A DNA stretch of 63,193 bases, counting the filler, from Vezdaea acicularis (taxonomy: Eukaryota), in assembly GCA_026025075.1 (NCBI GenBank). It is 7 parts of 7 records of this genome, joined end to end, with 100 filler letters (N's around TTAATTAATTAA, not from the genome) between each part and the next. Parts side by side here need not be neighbours in the genome. Positions count along the whole stretch, not along the records: positions 9,843 to 19,305 come from JAPEUI010000266.1; positions 19,406 to 28,262 come from JAPEUI010000269.1; 5 more parts are not named here. One strand, written 5' to 3'. Positions 11,044-23,500 of the stretch are shown here, one piece after another (within the stretch, counting starts at the first letter, position 1; the number at the start of each line of letters is the position of its first letter). Both the position numbers and the translations under genes were made by a program. The notes below the pieces were generated by a model that was not told the DNA's origin, made no database searches, and saw only the letters and a program-made list of their open reading frames with translations.

Positions 11044-11164
11044 CTTTCTAGCGCGGGGTACTAATCCCTTTCAAGCGCGGTATATCGTATTGATCCCTTT
11101 CTTATGGGGTATATCCTTACTAAGCCCTTTCATGCGCGGTATATCGTTACTGAGTCCTTTCTTG
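11044..11164. repeat. degenerate ~30-bp tandem repeat (about 4 units)
   Basis: Units resemble CCCTTTCAWGCGCGGTATATCGTTACTGAG, with CCTTTC recurring every 29-30 nt. Confidence 0.75.
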
Positions 11165-11610
11165 AGAGGGGGGGGGGAGGGGTAGCGCTTTACGCTTTAC
11201 TGGGGGAGAAATGGGGTAGAAAGGGAGAGAGGAGAGTATGATGAACCGAGGTAAGCTACGGGGAAGAGAATGGGGCCGGTGTGGGGGAGAAGGGGAAGGG
11301 GGGGGTGGTCGAAGGATGGGGATGTGGATGTGGGGGAGAGGGGGGGTGTCATGCTAGCAGGACGGGATGGGATGATTTTCATGTCACTGCGCCATGCACG
11401 ATGATGCTGCGGTGTATACCGCGTTTCCCCAGGCTGAAGCGCTGTAGACCGTGCGAAAAGAACTGGCTGGGCTGGATGGCGTTTGTATTTTCCATTGCTT
11501 GTTCCTCTTTAATTCCTACTATTCGTGGGGTGGTACGACTGCAGAGCTTCTCCTCCCCTCTCCAGCCTCTCCACCGGCCAAACCCCATAGCACCGACCTA
11601 CGCCCCAGCT

Positions 11611-13720
11611 CTACCCGCCGCCCATGCCCCCAGCCCCCATGCCCGCTGAGCTCGAATTGCGCAGATGTGCAGAACTGCCGCGGAAGAGGCTCTGCCAGAT
11701 AAAGGCTTCGCTGAGGAGGAGCTCGATGTCCTTCTCGGTCCAGTCGCGGGTGGGGAGGGCCTGGAGGAACATCATGATTTCCTGAAAGTCGAGCTTGAGC
11801 AGCTGGTCGCTCCACTTGACGAGGAAGGCGGCGCAGACGTAGAGGTGGAAGGAGGAGAAGCCTTGTTCTTCGGCCTACGAGGTAGATTAGCTTGGGGGGC
11901 GGGGCATCAAAGGGGGAGACGCTATCTGATTATAAAAGGCGGACTCACGAGGTAGGTGTCCCACATCCGTATCGTATTCTTGACCGAGATCTCACGCATG
12001 AGCAGGCAGTTCATCCAGCGGAAGCTGAACTGGATAAACTCGACGCCCTCCTGCTCCAGATGCCTCGCCAGCCCGGCATCGATCCGCATCGTCAGATCGC
12101 GCAGTGCGCCGACCTGCCGCTGGATGCCGGGCTGCGCCGAGATGTAATTATCCTGGATCCCGTCGAGCAGCTTGGTGAGGCACCAGAACGAGTCCGCCTC
12201 CACGGCGTCCAGCACCGACTTCGGCAGCTGTCCGGGGTCCATCCCGTTCTCAATGTCGGCGTCGGTGATGTAGCTACCCAGAAAGACCTGCCAGAAGGGC
12301 GTGACCAGGTCGTTGATCCCCTGGACGTAGCCGCTGGCTGGGTGCCGGATGGCCCAGACGTACAGGATGCGTTCGAGTGAGCGCTGCGTCGCTTCGTAGC
12401 TGTAGAGCTCGAGGTGGGGGTTTGTGCGTGGCACGTCGATGCTGATCTGGTGCCATATGTCGCCCTCGAGCCCTTGGCCTCTGTTAGCGGGTGGCATGCC
12501 TGCGAGTACTGCCGCCGTGGAGCTCGGGTTTCCGCGCTCGAAGGCTTGGCGGACGCCGTCGAGGTATTCTTGTCGCTTCCGCTCGAGCGTCGACACGCGC
12601 CGTTCGCTGCTCGTCGGGAGATAGCCTAATAGAAGTTGCCAGGTCATAGCTCTTACTTCTTCTGGAACCCCTGACCACGCACAGTCGCGCAGCTCCGAGA
12701 GTGATATCGAGCTGGCTTGGAGTATTCTCTTGAACTTGTTGATTCGGGTGATGCGGGTCGAATGGGCTTCCGCCTCTTTAGGGGTGGCGTTTTGGGGGAG
12801 TGGGGGGTGGTTGATGAGGTGGAGGGAATTTGCGGGGTCTTTCAGGATATCTTTATATTGAGGCCGTAATATCTTGCCCTCGCTTTTCTTCGCCGTAGGA
12901 TAGCTCAGAGGCGCTCGCTCGTTGGCAATGTCCCCACTGTTCGCTCTCCTTCTCCCAGGAGCGTTTTTGGATCCAAAACCTCGCATTCCAATCCCAATTC
13001 CACTTCCACCTAGGTCCGCGCCTCCCCCAGGGTCGTTTGTCTTGTTCGACGTTAACCGCTTTCCTTTCCTTTTCATGCTCGTAATACTAGGTAACCCAAA
13101 TTCATCTTCGTCATTGTCATCATAGTTGTACGTCTCTTCCTCGGCATCTTCCTCATCTTCAATCCAGTCGTCGTCCGTTTTAGATATGTAGGACGTGTAG
13201 CTTCGTCGAGGGGGGGATGTGATATTTGAGCCTTGCTTTGGAGGTGGGGTACTGGAATTGCGGCTGCCGTTGAAAGCTGCGGGTGGGGGGGTATGTGATC
13301 GTGAGAGTGTCCTAATCATGTATCAGTCTTGATGGGGGCTTGACAGAGCGTCGCTACGTACAGGGAGTCAAATTTCAGCATGTCCGCATGGGAGTACGAG
13401 GCTCCCACCACCTTGCTCGAGTCGTAGCTCTTTGAAGAGTCTCTTCGAGGCTCTGAAGGCTTTCCGCGCCAGAACGGCGACGCCGATCTACTGTGTCCTG
13501 CGTCAACGAAGATCCATACGCCATCTTCCTCTTCCTGTAATCTCTCTTAACGACAAAGGCGGGGCATTGAAGGTCAAAAATGGTAACATACTCAGAACGG
13601 TCTATCGTGTAGCACACGAATTAGCACCAGCACAAGAAGCTTACACTCCTAAACAAACAGCAGGACAGGCAACTTCAAAAGCGTATGAGGTGAGATCTAT
13701 CACTCACCAACTTGAACCAT
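11611..13720 (-). CDS. GYP1: Rab GTPase-activating protein Gyp1 (TBC domain, TBC1D22 family)
   Basis: Exons 13720-13708, 13601-13592, 13487-13362, 13311-11949, 11874-11611, giving MVQVDRSESASPFW... TBC motifs QISIDVPRT, SGYVQGINDL, FSFRWMNCLLMRE and FHLYVCAAFL. Confidence 0.95.
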
Positions 13721-13920
13721 TTCCTACACATTTATATCAGTCAACTTGGTCCTCGTCCACACTCTATGGGGGCAATTGTGAAATCGACACACCTGTTGTG
13801 GAGTTTTCTTAGATCCCATATTGAAATCCCCACTTTAGCTGAACCAGATGGCACACATAGCTAACCAGCTTGATCCTGTTCTGCTCTTGAATGTGGTCTG
13901 CGTCGCAAGTCGTCAGGTCA

Positions 13921-13926
13921 CACGTG
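13921..13926. promoter_or_regulatory. E-box CACGTG(A) in the divergent GYP1/HRP1 promoter
   Basis: CACGTGA near the middle of the 487-bp head-to-head intergenic region; motif match only. Confidence 0.35.
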
Positions 13927-14207
13927 ATCTTCGGCAGGCTTCGGCGCTAACGCAGGTTCAGTCTCGAGCAAGCAACACCTTACACGTCCCTAGTGTCCCC
14001 GTTCACTTTCAATAACGAAGCTTGTTCATTTCTTCTCGCAGCTCTTCACGACTCCCCATTGTCTTTGAACGGCAGAAATCCATATTGTAGAGTCGTCTCA
14101 CTTTCGTGATCGAAAGGCTACTCCCCTCTTTCCTTTCCTTCCCTGTGATAGGAGCCTGTTAGAGGCGAGCGTTCCGCTTTCCTTTCTTTCTTTCTAGAAG
14201 CCCTAAG

Positions 14208-17200
14208 ATGACGGAACCAGAAGAACTCGAAGATGATCTCTTTGATGATCTGTAAGCTGGAACTCCATCTTCTCACTACAAAGCGTGTTTGCTAATGCTT
14301 CCGCAGATACGACAACGATGATGCGGCTACAAAGACGGTGCAAGCGATTCCCGCTGCAGCCAAATCCGAATCACAAATCTCACCAGAAGAAAAAGCCTTA
14401 GAGCAAGATCTCAACGAGGAGATACCTCAGAAGGCAGAGGCCATATCGACAACAGATCAGAAAATGTCGGATCGTGACCATAACGGTGACGCAGGTGCTG
14501 GATGGGCTGATGCACATTCACATGATTTTGGCGAGGCTGATCATGATTCTCACATGACTGGTATTAAGGAAGATGGGTAAGTCGAGTCTGTGCACGTATT
14601 TCAATGATGCCCAAGTCTATTTTTCACATACACATCTGAATGAAACGGAGACATGGTTTGGGGTGAGGATTGTGGACGGAGTGAAGTGAAAGAGGTTGGA
14701 ATCGGCCAACTAGAGATCGATGGGCAAGGGCTTCCGGTCGGTCCAATACAGCGAGCTTAGTTGAGACGCTCCTCTTCATCCAAAAGCATTTGTACGGGCA
14801 CTTGCTATAGTCTCAATGTAAAGAGAGGCAACGGGTGCATAGCTGAGGCCTTTGTCGGTGAGAGATCTAGCGCCTGCAGATTTGGTCATACATCCCATCT
14901 TAAAGTCGAGTAAACTGGGGCTCTAGATCATGGTAGCTCATCGGCCGAGGCTACACAGTCATACATAACGGTTGCCTGATCAAAAGGAACGTGTCCTGCG
15001 TGGGGTCTCTGGCAGAATATCGTTCACTCGAAGGGAGTGTAGTAGCTGAGCGATAGGGCAACGGTGATGCACTGGATTGTCTGAGACTGGGACACGCACG
15101 GTGGCGAGGATAACTGGAAGTTTTATGGTATACCACCTCTTGCGATCCGTCAGCAAATGGCGACTATCTTGATGCTACTACTGCTACATAGCTTCATGTC
15201 GATATAATCTTCATAGAGCGAGACACGCAGGGCTTATATTGGAGGTAGACGGAAGCTCCTGGCTCAATGATCGCATAGCGAATAAGCACATAGCGGCAGT
15301 ACCTAGCAACGGATATCTATAGCAAAAGAGACGAGTCATCTGGAAACTCTTGTGCCTCTTCAGCAAGTATTTCTGACTACTGCACGAAACCATGTCGTGG
15401 AATGGATTCTTCTGAAGGCTCCACCTTGGCTCAGTGCTTGCAACCGAGATGGCGTTCCAGTACCCTTTCGCCTCCACGACAGTTGCATTAATTGCTCTCG
15501 GCGGTAGCACCCCTCTCACCACAAATATCCAAATTCCGTTAGATGTTCCAGGCAGAGGCCTGGAATCATCTGTGGTAGCCAAACATGCGACGAGCTGGCA
15601 GGGGCCAGGTCGCAGTGGCGGATAATGCTATATACAGTCCATGGGCATGGTAGAGGGGCAGATCTCATATGCCTCTATTTTGGAGTAATAGGGGGCCAAC
15701 TTGGGGATGGACGCTGATCACTTCTCTTCTTTCAACGATTGTGCACATTGTTCATACAAAAAGTGATAGATAAAGCTAACAACTTACTTGGATAATATAG
15801 AAAAATGTTCATTGGAGGCTTGAATTGGGAGACAACCGATCGTAAGCAATGCTGCACATAGAGACCCCTCGTGTCAATTTGTCCCAATGACTAATCAAGT
15901 CAATCTCCTTTAGAATCTCTCAAAGATTACTTCTCACAATTTGGCGAAGTTCTAGAATGTACTGTCATGCGAGACAGCGCGACTGGAAGGTCTCGCGGTT
16001 TCGGGTTCTTGACCTTCAAGGACGCTCGTACAGTCAACATAGTGATGGTAAAGGAGCACTTCCTCGATGGAAAGATAGTAAGACCTGAGCTTTCAATTTC
16101 CCCCGCACATAGAGCTAGGTTTAGTAGCTCCAATCTAACCAATACAAAGATCGACCCCAAGCGGGCTATACCTCGCGATGAGCAGGAACGCACGAGTAAG
16201 ATATTTGTCGGCGGCGTCAGCCAAGAGGCTTCTGAGCAAGATTTCAAAGAATACTTCACGCAGTTTGGACGAGTCCTAGATGCGACGCTCATGATGGACA
16301 AAGACACTGGCCGGCCTCGAGGTTTTGGATTCGTTACCTTCGATAGTGAAGCCGCTGTCGATGCAACCCTCGCTTCCAATCTCGAAATCCTCGGAAAGCC
16401 CATCGAAGTCAAGAAAGCACAACCTCGAGGCAACGTACGCGACGATGAGGACAAAGGCGGTAACCAGCGCTTCAACCGACGCGGCAATAAAGGCGACGAG
16501 ATCAACCACCAAGGAAACAATGCCAACAATGCCAACCAACAGAACCAGAATCAACAGAATGGCCAAAGCTTTGCCGGCGGCATGACTCCCCAGATGATGG
16601 CCCAGTACTGGCAGCGCATGCAGCAGGCCTTCGCAATGATGCAGCAGCAAATGGCGGCGTCCCGCGGCATGGCTCCCATGGGAATGGGCGGAATGAACCC
16701 AGCGATGATGGCCCAGATGCAGCAGATGCAAGCCATGGCCGCGATGAACAACCCCGGCGCTGGCTCCCAATCGCCGCAGTCGCCCGGCACCACCGGCATG
16801 AACGCCGCCATGACTGCCCAGATGACACCGCAGATGATGCAGCAGATGCAGCAGATGCAGAACATGCAACAGATGCAACAGATGCAAGCCGGCGCCATGC
16901 CCAGCGCCGCTCCAGCCGTCGCCACCCCCGTGCTCCCCACCGGCCCGCAAGCCATGAGCGGCGGCGGCGGCAATGGCGGAACCGGCTCCGGCCGCGGCAC
17001 CCCTGGCTACAACGCATACGAGCAGCAACTCTTCGAGCAGCAGAAATACGAGCAACAGCAAGCGCGGCGCGCCGCTCGCGAGCAGCAGCAGCAGGTGCAA
17101 CAAGCGCAGTACGCGCAGTTCCAGGGCGGGCCGACCAGCTGGGAAGGCATGTACGACGAGGTGCCGCAGCCGAATATGGGCGGGCAGGCCGGCGTGGCCG

Positions 17201-17439
17201 CCCGAGGCGGAGGCTTCGGCGCCGGCAGGCAGATGACCCCGAATGGCCCCCAGAGAGGCAACGGTGCGAATAGGGGTAGTCAGGGACCGCCCCAGCCGCA
17301 GCTGCCGGTTGGCCCTCAGAGTGCGCCGCCTGCTAATGCGCCGACGGGGCCGAAGAATGCGGGGAAGCCGGGGGCGAATTATAGGGGGGGTGGCAGGGCG
17401 GGGCATAGGGGTGGATTTCATCCTTATGCTAGGGGGTAG
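14208..17439 (+). CDS. HRP1: Hrp1/Nab4-type two-RRM hnRNP protein (cleavage factor IB, Musashi-like)
   Basis: Exons 14208-14251, 14307-14576, 15801-15841, 15914-16077, 16150-17439. RRM1 KMFIGGLNWETTD...SRGFGFLTF, RRM2 KIFVGG...PRGFGFVTF, Q/M/G-rich low-complexity tail, C-terminal PY-NLS RGGFHPYARG. Confidence 0.93.
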
Positions 17440-17799
17440 ACGGAGGCGAGGAAGACAGAGGATGTGGGTGGATGATGGGGGTTTGGAACGCTGGCTGGCT
17501 GTGGGCTGGTAGAGGTTTCTCTTCTTCTTCTTCTTCAATTCCAGTACTTGTCATGAGGTTATGCGTAACCGGCAAAAATCGGGGGAAAAGGGGTTTCGAT
17601 GGGACCGGGCTCGCGCGAGGCAATTTCTTGCACCGCAGCTCGCTCTGGCGTTTTTATGTATCAAAGAGTCCCTTCCTCCTTTCCAGTCACACAGATAATT
17701 GAGCTGCTCAACCCGAGATCTAATACGCGCCTCTCCCGCCAAACTGATAATCCCCTACTGCCTTTTCCCCCCCCCCTTCCAACCCCTATCTAACCCAAC

Positions 17800-19305
17800 C
17801 TACACAAGCCCCACCCTCCAAACCTTCACCGCCGCATCCCCGCCCGCACTAACCACCTTATCCTCGCCGAGCCAAGCGACGCCATTAACCCCATCTTTAT
17901 GGGCATTAGCCGCCTTGACGCGCTTGCCGGGACTGGCCAGACTCCACAAGAAGACGTTCGTGTCCAGCGCGCCGCTGAGGGCGTGTGTGCCGGCGTCGTT
18001 CCAGGCGAGCGAGGAGATGCGCGCGGTATGCGCGGACCAGCGATCGGTGACGACGCGGGCGTCGGCGGTGGTGGCGTAGACGGTGATCTTGCCGAGGGCG
18101 TTGCCGGCGGCGAGGAGGGCGCCGGAGGGGGTGAAGGATAGGGCGGTGATGGGTGCGGTGGAGTCGGTGAGGCGGGATGTGGGGGAGAGGGAGGGGGGAG
18201 AGGTGTTGTTGGTGGTGTACAGCTGGATGTCGTGGGTTTCGAAGCCGATGGCGAGGAGGCCGGTGGTGGGAGCGGCGGCGATGCAGGTCGGGGTTGATTT
18301 GGTGGCGGTTTGGTGTATGAATGCACCGTTCTGGTCGTATATCTCGATGCCGGCGGCGGTGACGACGTAGATGGCTTCGGCCGTGGCGGCGCTGGCGATG
18401 CCGCGGGGTTGGCCGGTTTGCGTCTTGGTGCTGCTGCCGAGGAAGGTTTTGGTTGCAGCGTCGATGCTGCGTAGGGTGTCGTCCCAGCCGACGCTGTAGA
18501 TGCGGGAGGACGTCGCGGTTAGGCCGGAGACTTGGTTCGTGTGTGAAGTGCCGTCTGCGGTCTCGGCCAGGCCGACGTGGACGTCCCAGCCGCAGATGCG
18601 TCCGTCGTAGCTGCCGGTCCAGAGGGTGGTGCCTTTGTTACTGCCGGCGGAGCTCGTGGCCACGGCGGTGATGTTCTTCTGATGCCCTTGGATGACGCGG
18701 GTTGGTTTGGGCGTGCCCTCGGCGAGGTAGTTCAGGTCGCCGTCGAGGTTCAAGCTGATGACGAGGCCATCGCTGCGTCCAGATGGCCATACGACGCCGA
18801 CTTGGTGGTCGGGGATGCTGACCGTGCCCTCCTCGCCCATGCGCCAGCTCTGCACGACTTTGCCGGCCTCTGCGTCCCAGATCTTGACGGTCTGGTCTGC
18901 ACTCGCCGTCACGAAGCGTTTCGAGTCCTTGGCCCACGATACCCCGAAGATACTCCCAGTGTGCACGCCCTCTCCTATCTGGCCCCTCGCCTCCCCCGTC
19001 TTCCCGTCATACAGCCAAATCTTTCGATCTGAACCCGTGCTCACCAGCGTGCTCCCGTCCGGACTAAAGGCCACCCCATAAATAAATCTATTGTGATAGC
19101 CTCTCAGCGAGGTGTTGTACTTGAACGGCGCGCCATGGTAGAAGACGAGGTTCGTGTCATCGCTCCCGGTAGCTGCGCGCAGGGGGCGCTGCTGCCGTAT
19201 CGAGACGCTGTTGATCTGCGAGCTGTGCCCTGTTATCTCGCCGACAGAGTTACCGCTATCGGCCGTGATACAGTGTCCGAAGCGTTCTTTGCCGTCACCA
19301 ACGGC
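17800..19305 (-). CDS. AIP1: actin-interacting protein 1 (WD40, WDR1), 5'-truncated
   Basis: Frame open from the contig end: AVGDGKERFGHCITADSGNSVGEITGHS...QQRPLRAATGSDD...FYHGAPFKY, multiple WD repeats, RWSAHTARI, NAHKDGVNGV. Confidence 0.93.
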   Translation of the reverse strand, partial: AVGDGKERFGHCITADSGNSVGEITGHSSQINSVSIRQQRPLRAATGSDDTNLVFYHGAPFKYNTSLRGYHNRFIYGVAFSPDGSTLVSTGSDRKIWLYDGKTGEARGQIGEGVHTGSIFGVSWAKDSKRFVTASADQTVKIWDAEAGKVVQSWRMGEEGTVSIPDHQVGVVWPSGRSDGLVISLNLDGDLNYLAEGTPKPTRVIQGHQKNITAVATSSAGSNKGTTLWTGSYDGRICGWDVHVGLAETADGTSHTNQVSGLTATSSRIYSVGWDDTLRSIDAATKTFLGSSTKTQTGQPRGIASAATAEAIYVVTAAGIEIYDQNGAFIHQTATKSTPTCIAAAPTTGLLAIGFETHDIQLYTTNNTSPPSLSPTSRLTDSTAPITALSFTPSGALLAAGNALGKITVYATTADARVVTDRWSAHTARISSLAWNDAGTHALSGALDTNVFLWSLASPGKRVKAANAHKDGVNGVAWLGEDKVVSAGGDAAVKVWRVGLV

Positions 19306-19405
19306 NNNNNNNNNNNNNNNNNNNNNNNNNNNNNNNNNNNNNNNNNNNNTTAATTAATTAANNNNNNNNNNNNNNNNNNNNNNNNNNNNNNNNNNNNNNN
19401 NNNNN
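19306..19405. other. artificial contig linker
   Basis: N44-TTAATTAATTAA-N44. Confidence 0.99.
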
Positions 19406-20588
19406 GGCCGGTCGCCGGGGGGTGGGCCGGGGGGGTCCCCTGATTGGGGGAGCGCGGGATTAGGGCTCGGCCGGAGGGCGCGGAGCGGAGGGCGGACCCT
19501 GCCACACGCCATCGCAGGGCCACATGGACCACCCTCGGGATCGGGGGGCCAGCTTGGGTCATCATCCTTGCCGCGGCGAGTAAAACTCGAACGTGGGGTG
19601 GATGCGCTGGGCGAGCGGATGAGGTGATGCCGCGATGAATGACGGAAGCGTTGAAGGGACTTCCATCCCACCGGACGCGCAGAGAAAAGAAAAAAAGGAC
19701 GACGGAGATGCGCAGGAGACTGGAGGGGAGGCCACGAGAGGCTCCATGCCCGGCTGCTCGCAACAGAACGGGTTAGTCGCCTCTCGGCAAGACGGTCGCC
19801 GCGGATGTGAGGTGAAGCGTGAGGACCGTTGAAACATGCATCCATCAGCGCATCGTCGGCTTCAGTGCGAGTGCGTCGGTGGTTCCTTCGTTGCGAATCC
19901 GTAGAGCAGAGATTTCACGGCCTTGTATAAATTTCAATGAAAGTGATCACTGCCCCTGCCATGGCTCCCCAATCTGCCCTGACCCATGCCGGTGGTCCAT
20001 GCCGTCGGTAACAAACGTACGGCTGGTGTCACAACCGTTGACCTCACACTTACTTCTTACAGCCTCACATATGCTTGAGCAGACGCAGCAGAAATTTCAG
20101 TAAAGCCCATTAAAAAGGGGGTTAAAAGAGATCTGCAGTTAGCGCACCATACAGCTCGTGCGCGCACCTCGTTCCAAATTCTTTCGAGCCGTTTCATATC
20201 TTTTGGCTCTGTTGGATTTGTTGACGGTTTGCTGCGTGCACCGTGACCTCAGCTGACCGAGCTTTCCGTTCCGGCGCGGCCAACGTTCTCGTGACAATCT
20301 GTATTGTATCAATCAAAAGAAAAGATTCGGAGTGCCATAATCACAAGAGAGCATGGAATATTCAGATCCCAATGATTCTCATCAAGGGCCGCGATCAGTT
20401 GCAGTCGCTGCCGCACGTGTCGTGACTTGCTACCGTTTCCCTCGCATCTCGTTTCGTCGCGAAGCGAGCATCAGAGTTCCGCTTTAGGCACAAAGCTCTC
20501 GGCGCATTTACTGCCTGTGCGATTGCAACCTTTTTTTTTGGATGACCATACTCCACCGCCCACGCCACCCCACACACATCCTCCTAGC

Positions 20589-23500
20589 ATGGCGGCGGAT
20601 ACCTTGACCATAGCAAAGCTGCTCGAAGCATCGCTGGACTCTAGGCAAAATAAAGAAGGTCAGTAAGGGAATATAGCCTGAACTGTTCTCGTTTGTTTAT
20701 TTGGCGCTGGGGAGCTTTTTTTTGCGTTTGGTGACTTGAGCATACAGAGCTGAGCTGATGGCAGACAGCGGAGATTGCGTTGCGGCAGGAGGAAAAGAAG
20801 CCCCAGTTTTCTATAGTGGTCCTCCAGATAGTCGCGGATGGCTCGCAACAATACACGACCAGACTTGCAAGCGCATTATGCTTCAAGAATTTCGTGAAAC
20901 GCTCCTGGACGGTCAGTACCCTCCGTGAGGCGCCCCGCGTGCCGACTTCAGATTGCTGACCGCGGTATCAGGATGCCTATGGTAACCACAAGCTCCCTCA
21001 GGATGAGGTCACGACCATCAAGAAGGAGCTCTTGGGGCTCATGGTCTCTATGCCCCCGGGCATCCAGGCACAGCTCGGGGACGCAATCAGCGTCATAGCG
21101 GATAGCGACTTCTACGAGCGATGGGACACTCTGGTCGATGTAGGTACTCTTCAGTTGCTCTCGGAGCTTCAATGCTAAATCCTGGGCAGGACCTCGTTTC
21201 TCGTCTGACCCCGGATAATGCGGTCGTAAACAACGGTGTCCTTCACGTCGCGCATTCGATCTTCAAACGGTGGAGACCATTGTTCCGGTCAGACGAGCTC
21301 TTCAACGAGATCAATCATGTGGTCAACCGGCTAGGAGCACCCTTGCTCACACTACTTCAAGTAGGCTGCTATGGAACCCCAATCTGGACAAGTGACTAAC
21401 GTCCTGTGTAGAATACGGATCAGATGGTAGAAGCAAATAGTACCAACAAGGAAGCTCTGCAACAACTTTTCACGACCCTCAATCTGATATTCAAGCTCTT
21501 CAACGATCTCAACTGCCAGGATCTACCTCCCGTCTTCGAGGACAATCTGGGCGGGATCACCACGATTCTGCAAAAGTACCTAACCTATGATAATGCCTTG
21601 CTTCATACAGAAGATGACTCTGAGTCGGGACCCCAAGAATATGCAAGGGCAGAGATATGCGAATTCTGTATTCTCTTTGCGACAAAATATGAGGACGCAT
21701 TCGGCCCCTATATCAGCCAGTTTATCACCAGCGCGTGGAACTTGCTCACGACGATTGGGCCAGAGACCAAATACGACATTCTTGTGAGCAAAGCGCTTCA
21801 GTTTCTCACAGCAGTCGCAGCAGATAAGCAGCATGCCGCAAACTTCAACAACCAGGAAATACTGGAGCAGGTGGTGGAGAAGGTCGTACTACCCAATCTT
21901 GCATTGAGGGAAGCCGATCTGGAGATGTTCGAGGACGAGCCGATCGAGTTCATACACAGGGACCTCGAAGGATCAGATAGTGATACGAGAAGGAGAGCTG
22001 CGACAGACTTTCTTCGTCGACTGATGGAGCAGTATGAGCAACTGGTCACCAGTGTCGTGTCGAAATACATCGAGCATTTCACTTCGGATTACGCGAAGGA
22101 CCCCAAGAACAACTGGAAGTCGAAGGATACAGCCGTCTATCTGTTCTCGTCAATCGCTGCGAAAGGTGTGTCCACATCGAGCGCAGGCATCAAGAGCACG
22201 AACCAGCTGGTCGACGTGATATCCTTCTTCGAGAAAAACATAGCGAGCGACCTCATCTCGGACGGCAATGTTGAACCCTTGCTGAAAGTTGACGCGATCA
22301 AGTATCTTTATACCTTTCGGAGCCAGATGACAAAAGAGCAGTGGCACCAGGCTTTCCCACTGTTGGTCCAGTGTCTCGGCTCGTCGAACTACGTGGTATA
22401 TACATACGCGGCTATTGCAGTGGAGCGAGTCCTGAGTCTCACGAACGATTCGAACCAACCGGTCTTCACTCGCGAAGAGGTACAGCCACTGTCCCAAGAA
22501 CTACTAGCACATCTCTTCCAGTTGATGGAGAAAGATCCCGCACCTGAGAAGATTCAAGAGAACGAATTCCTCATGAGATGCGTCATGCGTGTGCTCATCG
22601 TCATCAAGGACGGGGTGCTGCCAATTACAGATGTAGTGTTGGAGCATCTCATCTACATCACGAGAACAATCAGCAAGAACCCGAGTAATCCTAGGTTCTA
22701 CTACTACCACTTCGAGGCGCTGGGTGCTCTCATCCGCTTCGCCGCTCCTTCCCAGCCCGCAAAGTTGGAGACTGAGCTATACACGCCCTTTGCGTTGGCT
22801 CTACAGCAAGAGGTTCAAGGTAAGACGCAACGAGCCAGCCTTGATGCATTGCTTCTGACCGCGTGATTCCAGAGTTCATGCCCTACGTGTTCCAGCTGTT
22901 CGCCGCCCTGCTCGAAGCCAACCCGTCCGGCACCCTGTCCGAATACTACAAATCCATCATCCCGCCCATGCTGCTCCCCGGCCTGTGGGAATTCAAGGGC
23001 AACATCCCCGCGCTCGTGCGCCTGCTCAGCTCCATGATCCAGCGCGGCTCCGCCGACATGATCGCCGCCCACCAGATCGAGCCCGTCCTCGGCATCTTCC
23101 AGAAGCTCATCTCCACCAAGACCAACGAGAGCAACGCCTTTGATCTGCTCGAGAGCGTCATCGTCAATTTTCCCGTCGCGGCGCTGCAGCCGTATTTCGT
23201 GCCCATGCTCAATATCATGCTCATGCGCCTCGAAAAGTCCAAGACGGAGGCGTTCACCCAGCGCTTCGTCCGCTTCTATCACCTGGTCTCGGCGCGCGTC
23301 GACGAGGGCCTCGGCGCGGACTTCTTCATCGGCGTCGCCGAGCAAGTCCAAACAAAGTCCGTCTCCTCCCTACCTTCCCCCCCCACCCTTTGCATTTTCT
23401 GAAACTAACCATTCCTCTCCTCTCTTCTCCCCAGAGTCTTCGTCCCCCTCTACCTCACCATCATCCTCCCAACAACCCAAAAGCTCTCCCGCCCCCTCGA

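Noticed and set aside
16276..17538. 420-aa antisense ORF over HRP1, and similar long shadow ORFs over AIP1, MMtag and GYP1
   Set aside because: These are antisense or alternate-frame shadows of GC-rich, low-complexity coding sequence with no independent protein features.
19406..19850. GC-rich contig start resembling rDNA spacer or structured RNA
   Set aside because: No recognisable rRNA, snRNA or tRNA motifs; more likely leader or promoter DNA of a gene beyond the contig end.
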